Of a stretch of DNA of 64,000 nucleotides, positions 54,008-64,000 are shown piece after piece. The stretch is from the NCBI GenBank assembly GCA_963745025.1, contig CAVUWD010000016.1, positions 160,001 to 224,000 on the forward strand, read 5' to 3'. The first letter of the stretch is position 1, and every line of letters begins with the position of its first letter. A program made the position numbers and the translations under genes. The stretch comes from an uncultured delta proteobacterium (lineage in GTDB: Bacteria; Desulfobacterota; Binatia; JACPRU01). The notes under the pieces are model-generated. The model saw only the letters and a program-made list of their open reading frames with translations, did no database searches and had not been told where the DNA came from.

Positions 54008-55666
54008 ATGGAGCGCGACCTCCGCAAGCTGTCGGCCGGCCGCTTCGACGTCGCGGTCGTGGGCGGTGGCATCTACGGTGTGTGTATCGCCCGCGATGCG
54101 GCGCTACGCGGCCTCGCGGTCGCGCTCGTCGAGAAGGAAGACTTCGGCGGGGCGACATCGGCGAACAGCCACAAGATCGTTCATGGGGGGTTGCGCTACC
54201 TGCAGCACGGGGATCTCCGTCGCCTGCGGGAGTCGATTCACGAGCGGTCGGTGCTTCTGCGGATTGCCCCCCATCTGGTTCGGCCGCAAGCGTTCCTGAT
54301 GCCGACGTACGGTCATGGGCTTCGCGGCCGTGAGGCGCTGTTCGTCGCGCTCAAGCTGAACGATCTCCTGAGCCTCGACCGCAATCGAGCGCTCGAGCCG
54401 TCCCGGCGGATTCCTCCCGCGCGGATCGTGTCGAGGAGCGAGTGCCTGCGGCTCGTGCCGGGCATTCCGGAGCAGGGACTCACCGGCGGGGCGCTCTGGT
54501 ACGACGGCTTGATGCTGAATTCGGAGCGTCTGCTCTTGGCGATCCTGCGCTCGGCGATCGAGGCCGGAGCAGAGGCGCTCAACTACGCGGAAGCGACCGA
54601 GGTTCTGGTCAGCGGTGGTCGTGCCGAGGGACTCCGGGTTCGCGACGCCTTGGCGGGAGATACGTTCGAGCTTCGCGCTCGCGTCATCGTCAACGCGACC
54701 GGCCCCTGGTCCGTCGAGGGCTTGGGCGGCCGCGCGTCTCCGCCGCAGAAGCGTACGATTCGCCTCGCCAAGGCGATGAATCTCGTGACGCGCTCGATCC
54801 TCGGCGAGCATGCGATCGGCGTCGCTCGGCGCTTTCGCGACGCGAGCGGGGCGGTGCAGCGCGATCGACGGCTCTTCTTCTTCGTGCCATGGCACGACCG
54901 GACGCTCATCGGCACGACCTATCTGCCATACGACGGAGCGCCGGATGGCTTCGCGGTCACGGAGCCGGAGATCGAGCGGTTCTTGGACGAGGTCAACTCG
55001 GCGTATCCGCCGGCGCGGCTGTCACGCGCCGACGTGTGCTTCGTGCACGGCGGTCTGGTGCCGGCGGCTGGCGGCGGCGAAGCGGCCGCCGAGGTCGAGT
55101 TGGCGACGCGCTACCAGATCCGCGATCATGCCGAGGAGGGGCTCGATCGTATGATCACGGTGACGGGGGTGAAGTACACGACCGCGCGCGGCGTCGCCGA
55201 AACGGTCGTCGACCGCGTGTCTTCCAAGCTCGGCACGGAAGGCCCGCGCTCGCGGAGCGCCCAGCTCCCGGTTTGGGGCGGGGACGTCGAGCGAGTCGAG
55301 GATTACGTCGCTCGCGAGACCGCGGCGCCGCTTCCGGGAGTGACGGCGCGGACGGTCCGGCGCCTGATCACCCACTACGGCTCGCGCTATCGAGACGTGA
55401 TCGAGGAGGCCGGCGGAGATAGCCGCCGGCTCGCGCCGATCGCCGATGGGACGGACGTCACCGGCGCCGAGGTGATGTTCGCGGTTCGCCGCGAGATGGC
55501 CGCGAAGCTCGCCGACGTCGTGTTCCGGCGCACCGACCTCGGCTCCGCCGGCCACCCGGGGGAGGTCGCGTTGGCGGCCGCAGCCGCGCTCGTCGCGAGA
55601 GATCTCGGCTGGGACGAGGCTCGGGTCGCCAGCGAGATCGCCGAGGTGAGGCAACGTTTTCCGTGA
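54008..55666 (+). CDS. FAD-dependent glycerol-3-phosphate dehydrogenase-like oxidoreductase
   Basis: VVGGGIYG..IARDAA.RGL, DFGGATS.NS.KIVHGGLRYL, NATGPW, IGTT, G.KYTTAR, RRT.LG. Confidence 0.88.
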   Translation: MERDLRKLSAGRFDVAVVGGGIYGVCIARDAALRGLAVALVEKEDFGGATSANSHKIVHGGLRYLQHGDLRRLRESIHERSVLLRIAPHLVRPQAFLMPTYGHGLRGREALFVALKLNDLLSLDRNRALEPSRRIPPARIVSRSECLRLVPGIPEQGLTGGALWYDGLMLNSERLLLAILRSAIEAGAEALNYAEATEVLVSGGRAEGLRVRDALAGDTFELRARVIVNATGPWSVEGLGGRASPPQKRTIRLAKAMNLVTRSILGEHAIGVARRFRDASGAVQRDRRLFFFVPWHDRTLIGTTYLPYDGAPDGFAVTEPEIERFLDEVNSAYPPARLSRADVCFVHGGLVPAAGGGEAAAEVELATRYQIRDHAEEGLDRMITVTGVKYTTARGVAETVVDRVSSKLGTEGPRSRSAQLPVWGGDVERVEDYVARETAAPLPGVTARTVRRLITHYGSRYRDVIEEAGGDSRRLAPIADGTDVTGAEVMFAVRREMAAKLADVVFRRTDLGSAGHPGEVALAAAAALVARDLGWDEARVASEIAEVRQRFP

Positions 55667-56478
55667 GCGCTTCTCCACCTCGCCGGAACCCCGCTCCCGA
55701 AAACGCCTGGGCGCTTCGGCTCTTCGACAAGTCGATCCTCAAGCAGGCGAAGTACCGAGCGCTCGTCCGCCATGTCGGCGACACCACCGACAAGGACTGC
55801 CTCGATCTCGGCTCCGACAACGGCGTCATCAGCTACCTGCTTCGCGCACGCGGGGGGCGCTGGTCGAGTGCGGATCTCTCCGAAAAGGCGGTCGCCTCGA
55901 TCCGCAGCCTCGTCGGCTCGAACGTCTACCGCATCGATGGAGCCCGCATGTGCATGCCGTTCGCCGACGCCTCCTTCGATCTGGTGGTGATCATCGATTT
56001 CCTCGAGCACGTCCGCGACGATGCCGGCTGCGTGGCGGAGATCGCGCGCATCCTGCGGCCGGGCGGGGATCTCGTCGTCAACACGCCGCATGCCAAGCGG
56101 CGGAGCCTGCTGCGCGCGCTGCGCGACCGGCTCGGTCTCACCGACGAGTGGCACGGTCACGTCCGGCCCGGCTACACGCGCGACGAATTGCGAGCGCTCC
56201 TTGGCGGCCGCTTCGCGATCGAGAGCTCCGCGACCTACTCGAAGGTCTTCTCCGAAGCTCTCGATGTGGCGCTCAACTACGCGTATCTGCGGAGCCGCCC
56301 GGTGGGAGACGACCGTGCGAAGGGCACCGTCGTCACGGCGGCGGATCTGGAAAAGAGCGCGCGCCAGTTCCGCCTGCTCGCCAGGCTGCATCCGCTGCTC
56401 TGGCTCTGGGCGAAGCTCGACTTCCTCTGCGCCGGCGCGCAGGGCTACTACCTGATCGCCAAAGCGCGAAAGATCTAG
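55663..56478 (+). CDS. Class I SAM-dependent methyltransferase
   Basis: CLDLGSDNG, PFADASFD, DFLEHV, ILRPGG, GHVRPGY. Confidence 0.88.
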   Translation: MSASPPRRNPAPENAWALRLFDKSILKQAKYRALVRHVGDTTDKDCLDLGSDNGVISYLLRARGGRWSSADLSEKAVASIRSLVGSNVYRIDGARMCMPFADASFDLVVIIDFLEHVRDDAGCVAEIARILRPGGDLVVNTPHAKRRSLLRALRDRLGLTDEWHGHVRPGYTRDELRALLGGRFAIESSATYSKVFSEALDVALNYAYLRSRPVGDDRAKGTVVTAADLEKSARQFRLLARLHPLLWLWAKLDFLCAGAQGYYLIAKARKI

Positions 56479-56664
56479 CGGGGTGCAAGCGATGAATCGC
56501 CAGAGCGGATACCGGTCTCTCCCGGTCGGGGACGGACACGTCGAACGGCGCCCGCCTGTGCAGAATGGACGGCTCGGCCGCCTGATCGGGGGAGGAGCGT
56601 GCGGCATGGATCGCTCCCGTTGGTCGCGACATACTTCGGCCGAGCATCCGACCGAGGTCGCCTG

Positions 56665-57393
56665 ATGGGCGGCGGGTTTCCGGAGACCGCTGACGTCGAG
56701 ACCGCCTCGGAAGACTACGCCCGGCGGTTTGCCGGCCCGGTCGGCGCATGGTTTCTGGAGCTTCAAGCCCGATCCACTCTCGAGCTCCTGAGCCCGCTCG
56801 GACGTGGCGCGCGCCTTCTCGACGTCGGCGGCGGCCACGCACAGCTCACGCCTGCGCTCGTCGACGCTGGATACGATGTGACGGTCGTCGGCAGCGCGCC
56901 GGCGTGCGCCGAGCGCCTGTCCGCTTGGCTCGCGAGCGGATGCTGCCGGTTCGAGGTCGGCAACGTCATCGACCTGCCCTACGCCGACCGCTCGTTCGAT
57001 GCCGTGTTGTGTTTTCGATTGTTGCCGCACGTCTCGGCCTGGCAGGCTCTCCTCCGTCAGCTTTGTCGGGTCGCTCGGCGATCGGTCGTCGTCGACTACC
57101 CGTCGTCCCGAAGCGTCAACGTGCTCTCCGGCGGTCTCTTCGCCGCCAAGAAGCGCTTCGAGGGCAACACGCGGCCGTTCGTGCAATACCGCCCGGTCGA
57201 GATCGAGCGGGCGCTTCTGGTCCACGGTTTCCGCGTGACGGCTTCGCGCCCGCAGTTCCTTTGGCCGATGGTGCTCCACCGCATGATCGGCCGCGTCGGC
57301 GTGTCGAAGGCACTCGAGGCTCCCGGGCGCGCAACCGGCCTCTTGCGGCTCCTCGGCTCGCCGGTCATCGTCCGCGCCGAGCGGGTGAATTGA
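56665..57393 (+). CDS. Class I SAM-dependent methyltransferase
   Basis: LLDVGGGHAQ, LPYADRSFD, FRLLPHV. Confidence 0.88.
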   Translation: MGGGFPETADVETASEDYARRFAGPVGAWFLELQARSTLELLSPLGRGARLLDVGGGHAQLTPALVDAGYDVTVVGSAPACAERLSAWLASGCCRFEVGNVIDLPYADRSFDAVLCFRLLPHVSAWQALLRQLCRVARRSVVVDYPSSRSVNVLSGGLFAAKKRFEGNTRPFVQYRPVEIERALLVHGFRVTASRPQFLWPMVLHRMIGRVGVSKALEAPGRATGLLRLLGSPVIVRAERVN

Positions 57394-57418
57394 CAGCCCG
57401 CCGGGGCCGCGGTACCAG
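57390..57418 (+). promoter_or_regulatory. Putative sigma70 promoter
   Basis: Perfect TTGACA-17bp-TACCAG; ATG 9 bp downstream. Confidence 0.5.
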
Positions 57419-57427
57419 GCACGCCCC

Positions 57428-58411
57428 ATGCGCGTGCTGATCACCGGAGGGACCGGCTTCACGGGCAGCCATGCCGTGCGCCGCCATCTCGCGCGCGGCC
57501 ACTCGGTCCGCGTCCTCGACAACCACAAGGGCGTGTTCTTCGACGAGCTCTCCGGCGCTGGCGCGGAAATCCAGCTCGGCTCGGTCGCCGACCGTGAAGC
57601 CGTTCGCAAGGCGGTCGAGAACGTGGAGCTCGTCCATCACATCGCCGCCGCCTTCCGCGAGATCAACGTACCGAAGAGCGTCTACAAGAGCGTCAACGTC
57701 GACGGCACGCGGTTCGTCGCGGAGGAGGCGCTGCGGGCGGGCGCGCGGCGTGTCGTCTACTGCTCGACCGAGGGCGTGCACGGGCACGTGGTCGATCCGC
57801 CGGCGAACGAGGAAGCGCCGATCGCCCCCGAGGACTACTACCAACAGACCAAGTGGGAGGGCGAGATTGCGTTCCGGGAGGTGATGGGGCGGGGGCTCGA
57901 CGGCGTGATCCTGCGGCCGACGGGGATCTACGGCCCCGGAGATCCGGCGCGGTTTCTCATGCTCTTCCGCATGGTGAAGCGCGGTCACTTCTTCATCGTC
58001 GGCGACGGACGCGCGCAATATCACCCGCTCTACATCGACAACCTCTGCGACGCGTTCGAGCTGGCGGCCGAGAAGGCCGAGGCGCGCGGTGAGACGTTCC
58101 TCATCGCCGACGATCGCTCCTTGTCGTGGAACGAGCTGATTCCGTTGGTGGCGAAGACGCTCGGCATCGACGTCAAGATCCACTATCTCCCGCTCGGACC
58201 AGTCTGGCTCGGGGCGGCGCTCTGCGAGGCCGCGTGTTGGCCCTTCGGCATCACGCCGCCGCTCTTTCGTCGTCGCGCCGAGATGTTCTCGCACATGCGC
58301 GCATTCGACATCTCCAAGGCCCGGCGCATGCTCGGCTACGAGCCGAAGGTGCCCCTCGAAGAAGGGCTCGCGCGCACGTGCGCCTGGTACCGCGCGCACG
58401 GGTATCTCTGA
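57428..58411 (+). CDS. NAD-dependent epimerase/dehydratase
   Basis: TGGTGFTG, YQQTK, RPTGIYGPGD. Confidence 0.92.
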   Translation: MRVLITGGTGFTGSHAVRRHLARGHSVRVLDNHKGVFFDELSGAGAEIQLGSVADREAVRKAVENVELVHHIAAAFREINVPKSVYKSVNVDGTRFVAEEALRAGARRVVYCSTEGVHGHVVDPPANEEAPIAPEDYYQQTKWEGEIAFREVMGRGLDGVILRPTGIYGPGDPARFLMLFRMVKRGHFFIVGDGRAQYHPLYIDNLCDAFELAAEKAEARGETFLIADDRSLSWNELIPLVAKTLGIDVKIHYLPLGPVWLGAALCEAACWPFGITPPLFRRRAEMFSHMRAFDISKARRMLGYEPKVPLEEGLARTCAWYRAHGYL

Positions 58412-58444
58412 TCGGTCGCCTCGTGTATCGTACCGCCTCAGTTT

Positions 58445-60358
58445 ATGTGCGGCATCGTCGGAATCGTCGAGCCTGACAACCGGCCGGTGGATCGGGTCAC
58501 GCTCGGCGCGATGTGCCGGACGATGCTGCATCGCGGGCCCGACGGCGCCGGCATTCACGTGGACGGTTCGATCGGCCTCGCCATGCAGCGCCTGGCGATC
58601 ATCGATCTCGCGGGCGGCTCCCAGCCGATGTCGAACGAGGGCTGCCCGCGCGCCCGGGGGGAGAGCTGGATCGTCTACAACGGAGAGGTCTACAACCACG
58701 CGATCCTTCGCCGCGAGCTCGAAGCACTCGGCCATCGATTCCGCACCCGCTGCGACACCGAAGCCATCCTCCACGCCTACGAGGAGTGGGGTGAGCGCGC
58801 GGTCGAGCGTCTGAACGGCATGTTCGGCTTCGCGATCTGGGACGGGGCTCGCCGCGAACTCTTTCTCGCGCGCGACCGTCTCGGCATCAAGCCGCTCTAC
58901 TACTCGTGGAGCGGCGGTCGGCTGGTATTCGCCTCGGAGATCAAGGCGATCCTCGAAGACCCGAGCGTCGAGCGCGCGGTCGATCCTCAGGCCGTCTTCG
59001 ACTACGTGGGTTACGAGTTCGTCCCGGGCCCGCGCACGATGTTCGCCGGCATCCACAAGCTTCAGCCGGGGCACACGATGACGCTCCGCGACGGGCGGAC
59101 CACCACCCGTCAGTACTGGGACCTGAGCTTCCGTCCCGTCGAGCTCGCGTGGGAGGACGCCAAGCGGCGCATCCTCGAGCTGCTGCAGAAGTCCGTCGAG
59201 CGGCGCTTGATGAGCGACGTGCCGCTCGGAGTGTTCCTCTCCGGCGGCGTCGACTCGTCGAGCGTGCTCGCCATGATGAGCCGTCTCACCGACCAGAAAA
59301 TCCGCACGTTCACGATCGGCTACGACGATCCGTCGTTCAGCGAGATCGAGTACGCGCGGGCGGTCGCCAAGCGCTTCGACACCGCGCACACAGAGGTCAT
59401 GATCCGGCCGGTCCGGCCCGAGGACATCGAGCGGGGCGTGTGGCATCTCGACGAGCCGATGACCGATCTTTCGGCGATTCCGCTGATGCTGCTCTGCGAG
59501 CGCGTTCGCCAGGACGTGATCGTCTGTCTCTCGGGAGAGGGTGGCGACGAGGTCTTCGTCGGCTACGACCGGTTCCGCGCCAGCCGTTTCAGCGCCCGCT
59601 ATTACGAGCGCCTGCCTCGGCGGCTGCGCCGCCGTTTGATCGAACCCCTGGTGCGGCGGCTTCCGGACCAGGAGCAGAAGAAGGGCGCGGTCAACGTCGT
59701 CAAGCGCTTCGTCGACGGAGCGAGCTTGGATCCGGCCGGCGAGCACATGCGCTGGCAGTATTTCCTCTCGGTTGATCTCGCTTCCGCGCTCTTCCGACGC
59801 GAGGCCCTCGATCGGGTCGACGCCGACCCCTTCCGGCTCGTCGGCGAATGGGCGAGCCAGTGCCCGTCCGGCGAGCGGCTCGACCGCGAGGTCTACGTGG
59901 ATCTCAAGATGACGATGGCGGACAGCGTGCTCATGAAGGTCGACAAGATGAGCATGGCGAGCTCGCTCGAGGTCCGCGTGCCGTTTCTCGATCACGAGCT
60001 CGTGGAGTTCGCGACCGGGCTCCCGCCCGAGTGGAGGATGCGCGGCTTCGAGACCAAGACGATCCTCAAGGAGGCGATGCTCGAGTACCTTCCTCGGGAG
60101 ATCCTCTACCGCAAGAAGCAGGGCTACAGCCTGCCGATCAAGAATTGGCTACGCAACGAGCTGCGCGATTATGCCCGTCACGAGATCGAGCGCAGCGAGC
60201 TCGTTCGCGAGGTCTTCGAGCCGGCGGCGATCGAGCGCGTCTGGGGGGAGCACCTCGCGCGGCGGCACAACCACAACCATTTGCTCTGGGCGCTACTCAA
60301 CCTCGCCCTCTGGCACCGCCGGTTCTTCAGCGGCGGGCGAGCCGTCGCGGCCGCGTGA
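58445..60358 (+). CDS. asnB: Asparagine synthase-like glutamine amidotransferase (glycan amidation type)
   Basis: MCGI, HRGPD, RLAIIDL, YNGEVYN, ARDRLGIKPLY, LSGGVDSS, SGEGGDE, KVDKMSMA, RVPFLDH. Confidence 0.94.
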   Translation: MCGIVGIVEPDNRPVDRVTLGAMCRTMLHRGPDGAGIHVDGSIGLAMQRLAIIDLAGGSQPMSNEGCPRARGESWIVYNGEVYNHAILRRELEALGHRFRTRCDTEAILHAYEEWGERAVERLNGMFGFAIWDGARRELFLARDRLGIKPLYYSWSGGRLVFASEIKAILEDPSVERAVDPQAVFDYVGYEFVPGPRTMFAGIHKLQPGHTMTLRDGRTTTRQYWDLSFRPVELAWEDAKRRILELLQKSVERRLMSDVPLGVFLSGGVDSSSVLAMMSRLTDQKIRTFTIGYDDPSFSEIEYARAVAKRFDTAHTEVMIRPVRPEDIERGVWHLDEPMTDLSAIPLMLLCERVRQDVIVCLSGEGGDEVFVGYDRFRASRFSARYYERLPRRLRRRLIEPLVRRLPDQEQKKGAVNVVKRFVDGASLDPAGEHMRWQYFLSVDLASALFRREALDRVDADPFRLVGEWASQCPSGERLDREVYVDLKMTMADSVLMKVDKMSMASSLEVRVPFLDHELVEFATGLPPEWRMRGFETKTILKEAMLEYLPREILYRKKQGYSLPIKNWLRNELRDYARHEIERSELVREVFEPAAIERVWGEHLARRHNHNHLLWALLNLALWHRRFFSGGRAVAAA

Positions 60359-61317
60359 CTCGGAAGACCGCCTGGCTCTTCGTTCGGCTCGGCGTCAGCG
60401 CGGCTCTGATCGGCTGGCTGCTTCGCCGCGTCGATGCGTACGCCGTGGCCGAGCAGATCGGCTCCATCGGCTTCGCCAACCTCCTGGTGATTCTCGCCCT
60501 CCAGTTTCTCAACACCGGCCTCAAGTCCTACAAATGGCAGCGACTCCTCGCCGCGGACGGCATCGACTTGTCGCATTCGACCGCGTTCGCGTCCTATCTG
60601 GTTTCGTCCTTCTTCAGCTTGTTTCTGCCCACCGCGATCGGCGGGGATGCGGTGCGCGCGGTCGATGTGGCCCGGCGGAGCGGAAGGAGAGTGGCGACCG
60701 CCACGTCCGTCATCGCCGACCGCGTGCTCGGTTTTGCCGCCATCGGCCTGGTCGGTCTGACCGCGCTGGCGGCGGGATCCGCAGCCGTCCTCGCGCCGCG
60801 ACTGCGATGGAGCGGCGCGGTTCTCTACGCGGGCGTTCTCGTGGCGAGCGCCGCGCTGTTCGCCGGCTGGCCGCTGCGGCTGCTGGAGGCGCTCGGATTC
60901 GCCCGTTTGCGGCGTCTCGACCGGCTAGCGCGCAGCGCCGCGGCCTCTCTCGGCGCGTACCGGCGCAACGGCCGGCTCGCCGAGCTCACGGCCCTCTCGA
61001 TCGCCGCCCAGGCGATCGTCGTGGTGGCCGTGTACGTGATCGGCCGCTCGCTCACGATCGCCGTGCCGCTCTCGTACTTCTTCGTCATCGTACCGCTCAT
61101 CGGCCTCGTCGAGTCGGTGCCCGTGTCGATCTACGGGATCGGGCTGCGCGACGTCTCCTACGTGTACCTCCTCGGCCTCGTCGGCGTCTCGCAGGCGGAG
61201 TCGTTGTCGCTTTCGGTCCTCTACGTGATACTGACCGTCGTCTACGCGCTCTTCGGCGGCGTGGTGTTCGCGCTGCGAGGGTCCGCGACACCGGCCCTGG
61301 CGAGGAAGGACGGATGA
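60355..61317 (+). CDS. Lysylphosphatidylglycerol-synthase TM/flippase-like (UPF0104) membrane protein
   Basis: KWQRLL, FLPTAIGGDAVR, DRVLG, PVSIYGIGLRD. Confidence 0.88.
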   Translation: MTRKTAWLFVRLGVSAALIGWLLRRVDAYAVAEQIGSIGFANLLVILALQFLNTGLKSYKWQRLLAADGIDLSHSTAFASYLVSSFFSLFLPTAIGGDAVRAVDVARRSGRRVATATSVIADRVLGFAAIGLVGLTALAAGSAAVLAPRLRWSGAVLYAGVLVASAALFAGWPLRLLEALGFARLRRLDRLARSAAASLGAYRRNGRLAELTALSIAAQAIVVVAVYVIGRSLTIAVPLSYFFVIVPLIGLVESVPVSIYGIGLRDVSYVYLLGLVGVSQAESLSLSVLYVILTVVYALFGGVVFALRGSATPALARKDG

Positions 61318-62054
61318 GCGGGGGTACGAAATTCCAGGAGTCTCTGCTCGAGCGCGGATCGTCGCGCGCCGAGCAGTATCGCGACGCCGTGGTCGGCGCC
61401 GAGAGCGGTTGGCTCGGCCTCGCCTATTACGAGCTGGTGACCGCGATCTTCGGCGGCGCGCCCGGGGCTCTCGGCCTGGCGCTGCGCGGCGCTCTCTACC
61501 GGCCGCTCTTCGGGCGGCTCGGCCGCGGCGTCGTGCTCGGGCGAGGGCTCGTGCTGCGTCATCCGCGGCGCATCGCGATCGGAGACCGGGCGCTCGTCGA
61601 CGACGACTGCGTGCTCGACGCGCGCGGCGCGGCCGAGGGCCTGACGATCGGCGAGGGGACGCTGGTCAGCCGCGGCACGATTCTCTCGTGCAAAGAGGGT
61701 CCGATCACCGTGGGGGCGCGCGCGAATTTGGGCTGGCGCTGCGTGGTGAGCTCGGTGGGCGGCGTGGTCATCGAAGAGGCGGCGCTTTTCGCCGGCGGCT
61801 GCTACGTGGGCGGAGGGCGCTACCATCTCGACGATCGCGACCGCTCGATCGCCTCGCAGGGCAGCTTTTCCAAGGGTCCCGTGCACGTCGGCCGCGGATC
61901 CTGGATCGGGGCCCATGCGGTGATCCTGGACGGCGTGCGGGTGGGCGACGGCGCGGTGGTCGCCGCAGGGGCCGTCGTCGCCGATGACGTGCCGCCGTTC
62001 ACGATCGTCGGCGGCGTGCCGGCCCGGGTCATCCGTGAGCGTGGCGGCGGCTGA
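61314..62054 (+). CDS. Hexapeptide-repeat acyltransferase
   Basis: LRHP.RI.IG, SWIGAHAVILDGVRVGDGAVVAAGAVV, GGVPARVI. Confidence 0.9.
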   Translation: MSGGTKFQESLLERGSSRAEQYRDAVVGAESGWLGLAYYELVTAIFGGAPGALGLALRGALYRPLFGRLGRGVVLGRGLVLRHPRRIAIGDRALVDDDCVLDARGAAEGLTIGEGTLVSRGTILSCKEGPITVGARANLGWRCVVSSVGGVVIEEAALFAGGCYVGGGRYHLDDRDRSIASQGSFSKGPVHVGRGSWIGAHAVILDGVRVGDGAVVAAGAVVADDVPPFTIVGGVPARVIRERGGG

Positions 62055-63036
62055 GGCCGAGGGCGGAAGCCGCGGCTGGCTGAGGCCTCTCGCCTCGGTC
62101 GCGCTCACCGCCGCGCTCTGCTTCGTGCTCCTGCGCAGGGTCGACCTTCACGAGCTCGTCGACTGGCTCGCGCGCGTCGACCGGCGCTACTACGCCGGCT
62201 ACGTGGCGCTGTCGATGGCGGGGCTGCTCGCCCGCTCGTTTCGCTATCATCTGCTGATCGGGCGCTGGGTCGGCTTCGGGCCGCTCGTGCTGGTGACGGC
62301 TGCGCGGAATTTCCTCGTCGACTTGCTGCCCGCCCGACTCGGCTCGCTGAGCTACGTCTACCTGCTCACGAGACGCTTCGAGGTCCCGCTCGACCCGGTG
62401 CTGTCGTCCTTCGTTCTGACCTTTCTCTACGACTTGCTCGCCATGACGCTGCTTCTCGGCGTAGCGCTCGTCCTCGAGCTCGGCCGTTTCGCAGCGAGCG
62501 CCGCGCTCGGCGCCGTGACGACGATCTTCGCGATCATGGTCGTGTTGATGTTTGCGCGCCTGGTGCCGACCCTGCGCTTCGCTGCGACCCACCTCCACGC
62601 GCGGCCGCGGACCCGAAACATCGCCGCGCGACTCGATGAGGTCGCGCGCGAGGTCGAGCGAACCGGCGGAGCGCGGCAGACGGTCGCGCTGACCGCGCTC
62701 TCGTTCCTCATCCGCCTGCTCAAGTTCGCCGCCTATTGGGCGTTGCTCCTCGGAGTCGTGCGCGAGCATGGGCTCACCGCCGCGGATCTGCCGTTCTGGA
62801 AGGTCTTCCTCGGCATCGCCGGCGCCGAGCTGTCGGCGACGTTGCCGATTCACGGGATCGCCGGGTTCGGGACCTATGAAACGGCGTGGGCGCTCGGTTT
62901 CGCCAGGCTCGGCTATTCTGCCCGGGTTGCGATCCTCTCCGGCTTCGCGACGCACCTGCTGTCGCAACTCTACGACTATTCGGTCGGGCTCGTCGCGCTG
63001 GCGATCGCGCTCGCGTGGTCGCAGAAATTGAAATGA
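62035..63036 (+). CDS. Second UPF0104/flippase-like membrane protein
   Basis: RSFRY, LLPARLGSLSY, LPIHGIAGFGTYE. Confidence 0.82.
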   Translation: MSVAAAEAEGGSRGWLRPLASVALTAALCFVLLRRVDLHELVDWLARVDRRYYAGYVALSMAGLLARSFRYHLLIGRWVGFGPLVLVTAARNFLVDLLPARLGSLSYVYLLTRRFEVPLDPVLSSFVLTFLYDLLAMTLLLGVALVLELGRFAASAALGAVTTIFAIMVVLMFARLVPTLRFAATHLHARPRTRNIAARLDEVAREVERTGGARQTVALTALSFLIRLLKFAAYWALLLGVVREHGLTAADLPFWKVFLGIAGAELSATLPIHGIAGFGTYETAWALGFARLGYSARVAILSGFATHLLSQLYDYSVGLVALAIALAWSQKLK

Positions 63037-64000
63037 GCCCGCGCGCGCTCGTGACCGGGGCGGGTGGATTCCTCGGCTCCCATCTGGTGGAGGGGCTGCT
63101 CGGCGACGGGTGTGCGGTGCGCGCGCTGGCCCGGCCGACGAACGTCCCTCGCTGGCTGGCCGATCGCGGCGCCGAGATCGTCGTCGGTGACGTGACTGTT
63201 CGCGAGACGCAGGCGGCGGCGTGCCAGGGCTGCCAGGTCGTGGTTCATGCCGCGAGCCTGGTGACGGAGGTCGCCGTGCCCGACTCCGAATACTTCCGGG
63301 TGAATGCCGAGGCCTCGGAGGCACTCGCTCGGTCGGCCGCCCGTGCCGGTGTGAAGCGCTTCGTGTTCGTGAGCTCGACCAGCGTGCATCGCCCGAATTC
63401 GGGAAGGCCGCTCGACGAGAATACCGCGCTCGAGCCCCAAGATGCTTACGGCGGATCGAAGGCGGAGGCGGAGCGTCGGCTCGCCGCGGTCGCGGCCGAG
63501 ACGGGGCTCACGCTCGTCGTCGTACGGCCGTCGCGAATCTACGGTCCGCGCGACGCATCCCTCGGACGGGTCTTCCGCGCGATCGACCAGGGGCGATTCT
63601 GGCGGATCGGACCTTGCAGCGCGGAGGTGGACTTCGTCTACGTGAGCGACGTCGTCACGGCGCTTTGCCGCGCGGCCACGTGCGGCATCGGGGTCTATCT
63701 GGTCGGCGGCCCGGAGCGGGTGACCCTCGAGCGTTTCTTCACCGAGGTCGCCGCGGCGCTCGGGCGCCGTCTGCCGCGGCTTCGCCTGCCGCTTCGCCCC
63801 GCCATGCTCGCGGCCGGCGTCATCGCGCGGGCGTATACCGCCGTCGGGCGCGAGCCCCCTGTGGCCCCGAAGCGCTTCGCGTTCTTCCGCAACAGCCGCG
63901 TGGTGGCTGCCTCGCGGGCACGCATGGACCTCGGTTACGCTCCCACGGTTCACCTCCGCGAAGGAATCGCGCGCACCGCCGAGTGGTACCGCGAGTCGCG
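63033..64000 (+). CDS. NAD-dependent epimerase/dehydratase (3' truncated by window)
   Basis: MSPRALVTGAGGFLG, FVFVSS, YGGSK, RPSRIYGP; frame is open to the window end. Confidence 0.88.
   Translation, partial: MSPRALVTGAGGFLGSHLVEGLLGDGCAVRALARPTNVPRWLADRGAEIVVGDVTVRETQAAACQGCQVVVHAASLVTEVAVPDSEYFRVNAEASEALARSAARAGVKRFVFVSSTSVHRPNSGRPLDENTALEPQDAYGGSKAEAERRLAAVAAETGLTLVVVRPSRIYGPRDASLGRVFRAIDQGRFWRIGPCSAEVDFVYVSDVVTALCRAATCGIGVYLVGGPERVTLERFFTEVAAALGRRLPRLRLPLRPAMLAAGVIARAYTAVGREPPVAPKRFAFFRNSRVVAASRARMDLGYAPTVHLREGIARTAEWYRES

Noticed and set aside
56483-56665. 60-aa ORF between the two methyltransferases
   Set aside because: No motif, no convincing SD and low-information composition.

Overview
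High-GC bacterial chromosomal segment, probably from a Deltaproteobacteria-like diderm (inferred from gene content). In order it contains: the end of a Suf Fe-S operon (sufD-sufS-sufU-sufT); a MATE exporter; acyl-CoA dehydrogenase, DUF72 and FIST genes; an FTR1 iron permease with a Fur-like box; a CDF metal exporter; ftsEX-envC; and lysS-lolCE-lolD-bamA-skp-fabZ-lpxA-lpxI-gnnA-lpxB-msbA-lpxJ-waaA-lpxK-epimerase-Trm112-kdkA-heptosyltransferase-GT2-LPS kinase. About 29 kb of surface-glycan genes follow (several GT-C/ArnT-like proteins with discoidin domains, DegT aminotransferase, methyltransferases, SGNH proteins, GlpD-like, AsnB, flippase-like). No rRNA, tRNA, CRISPR or transposase was seen. 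The most striking non-coding feature is a ~245-bp three-hairpin 'cloverleaf' element present twice (13796-14035, 27320-27572), whose middle hairpin is inverted in one copy relative to the other. Also seen: three heptamer-repeat palindromes, a MITE-like long hairpin, an apparent double deletion in GT-C genes, and a KdkA carrying a GT2-tail-like N-terminal extension. All gene calls come from motif recognition by eye, not database searches.
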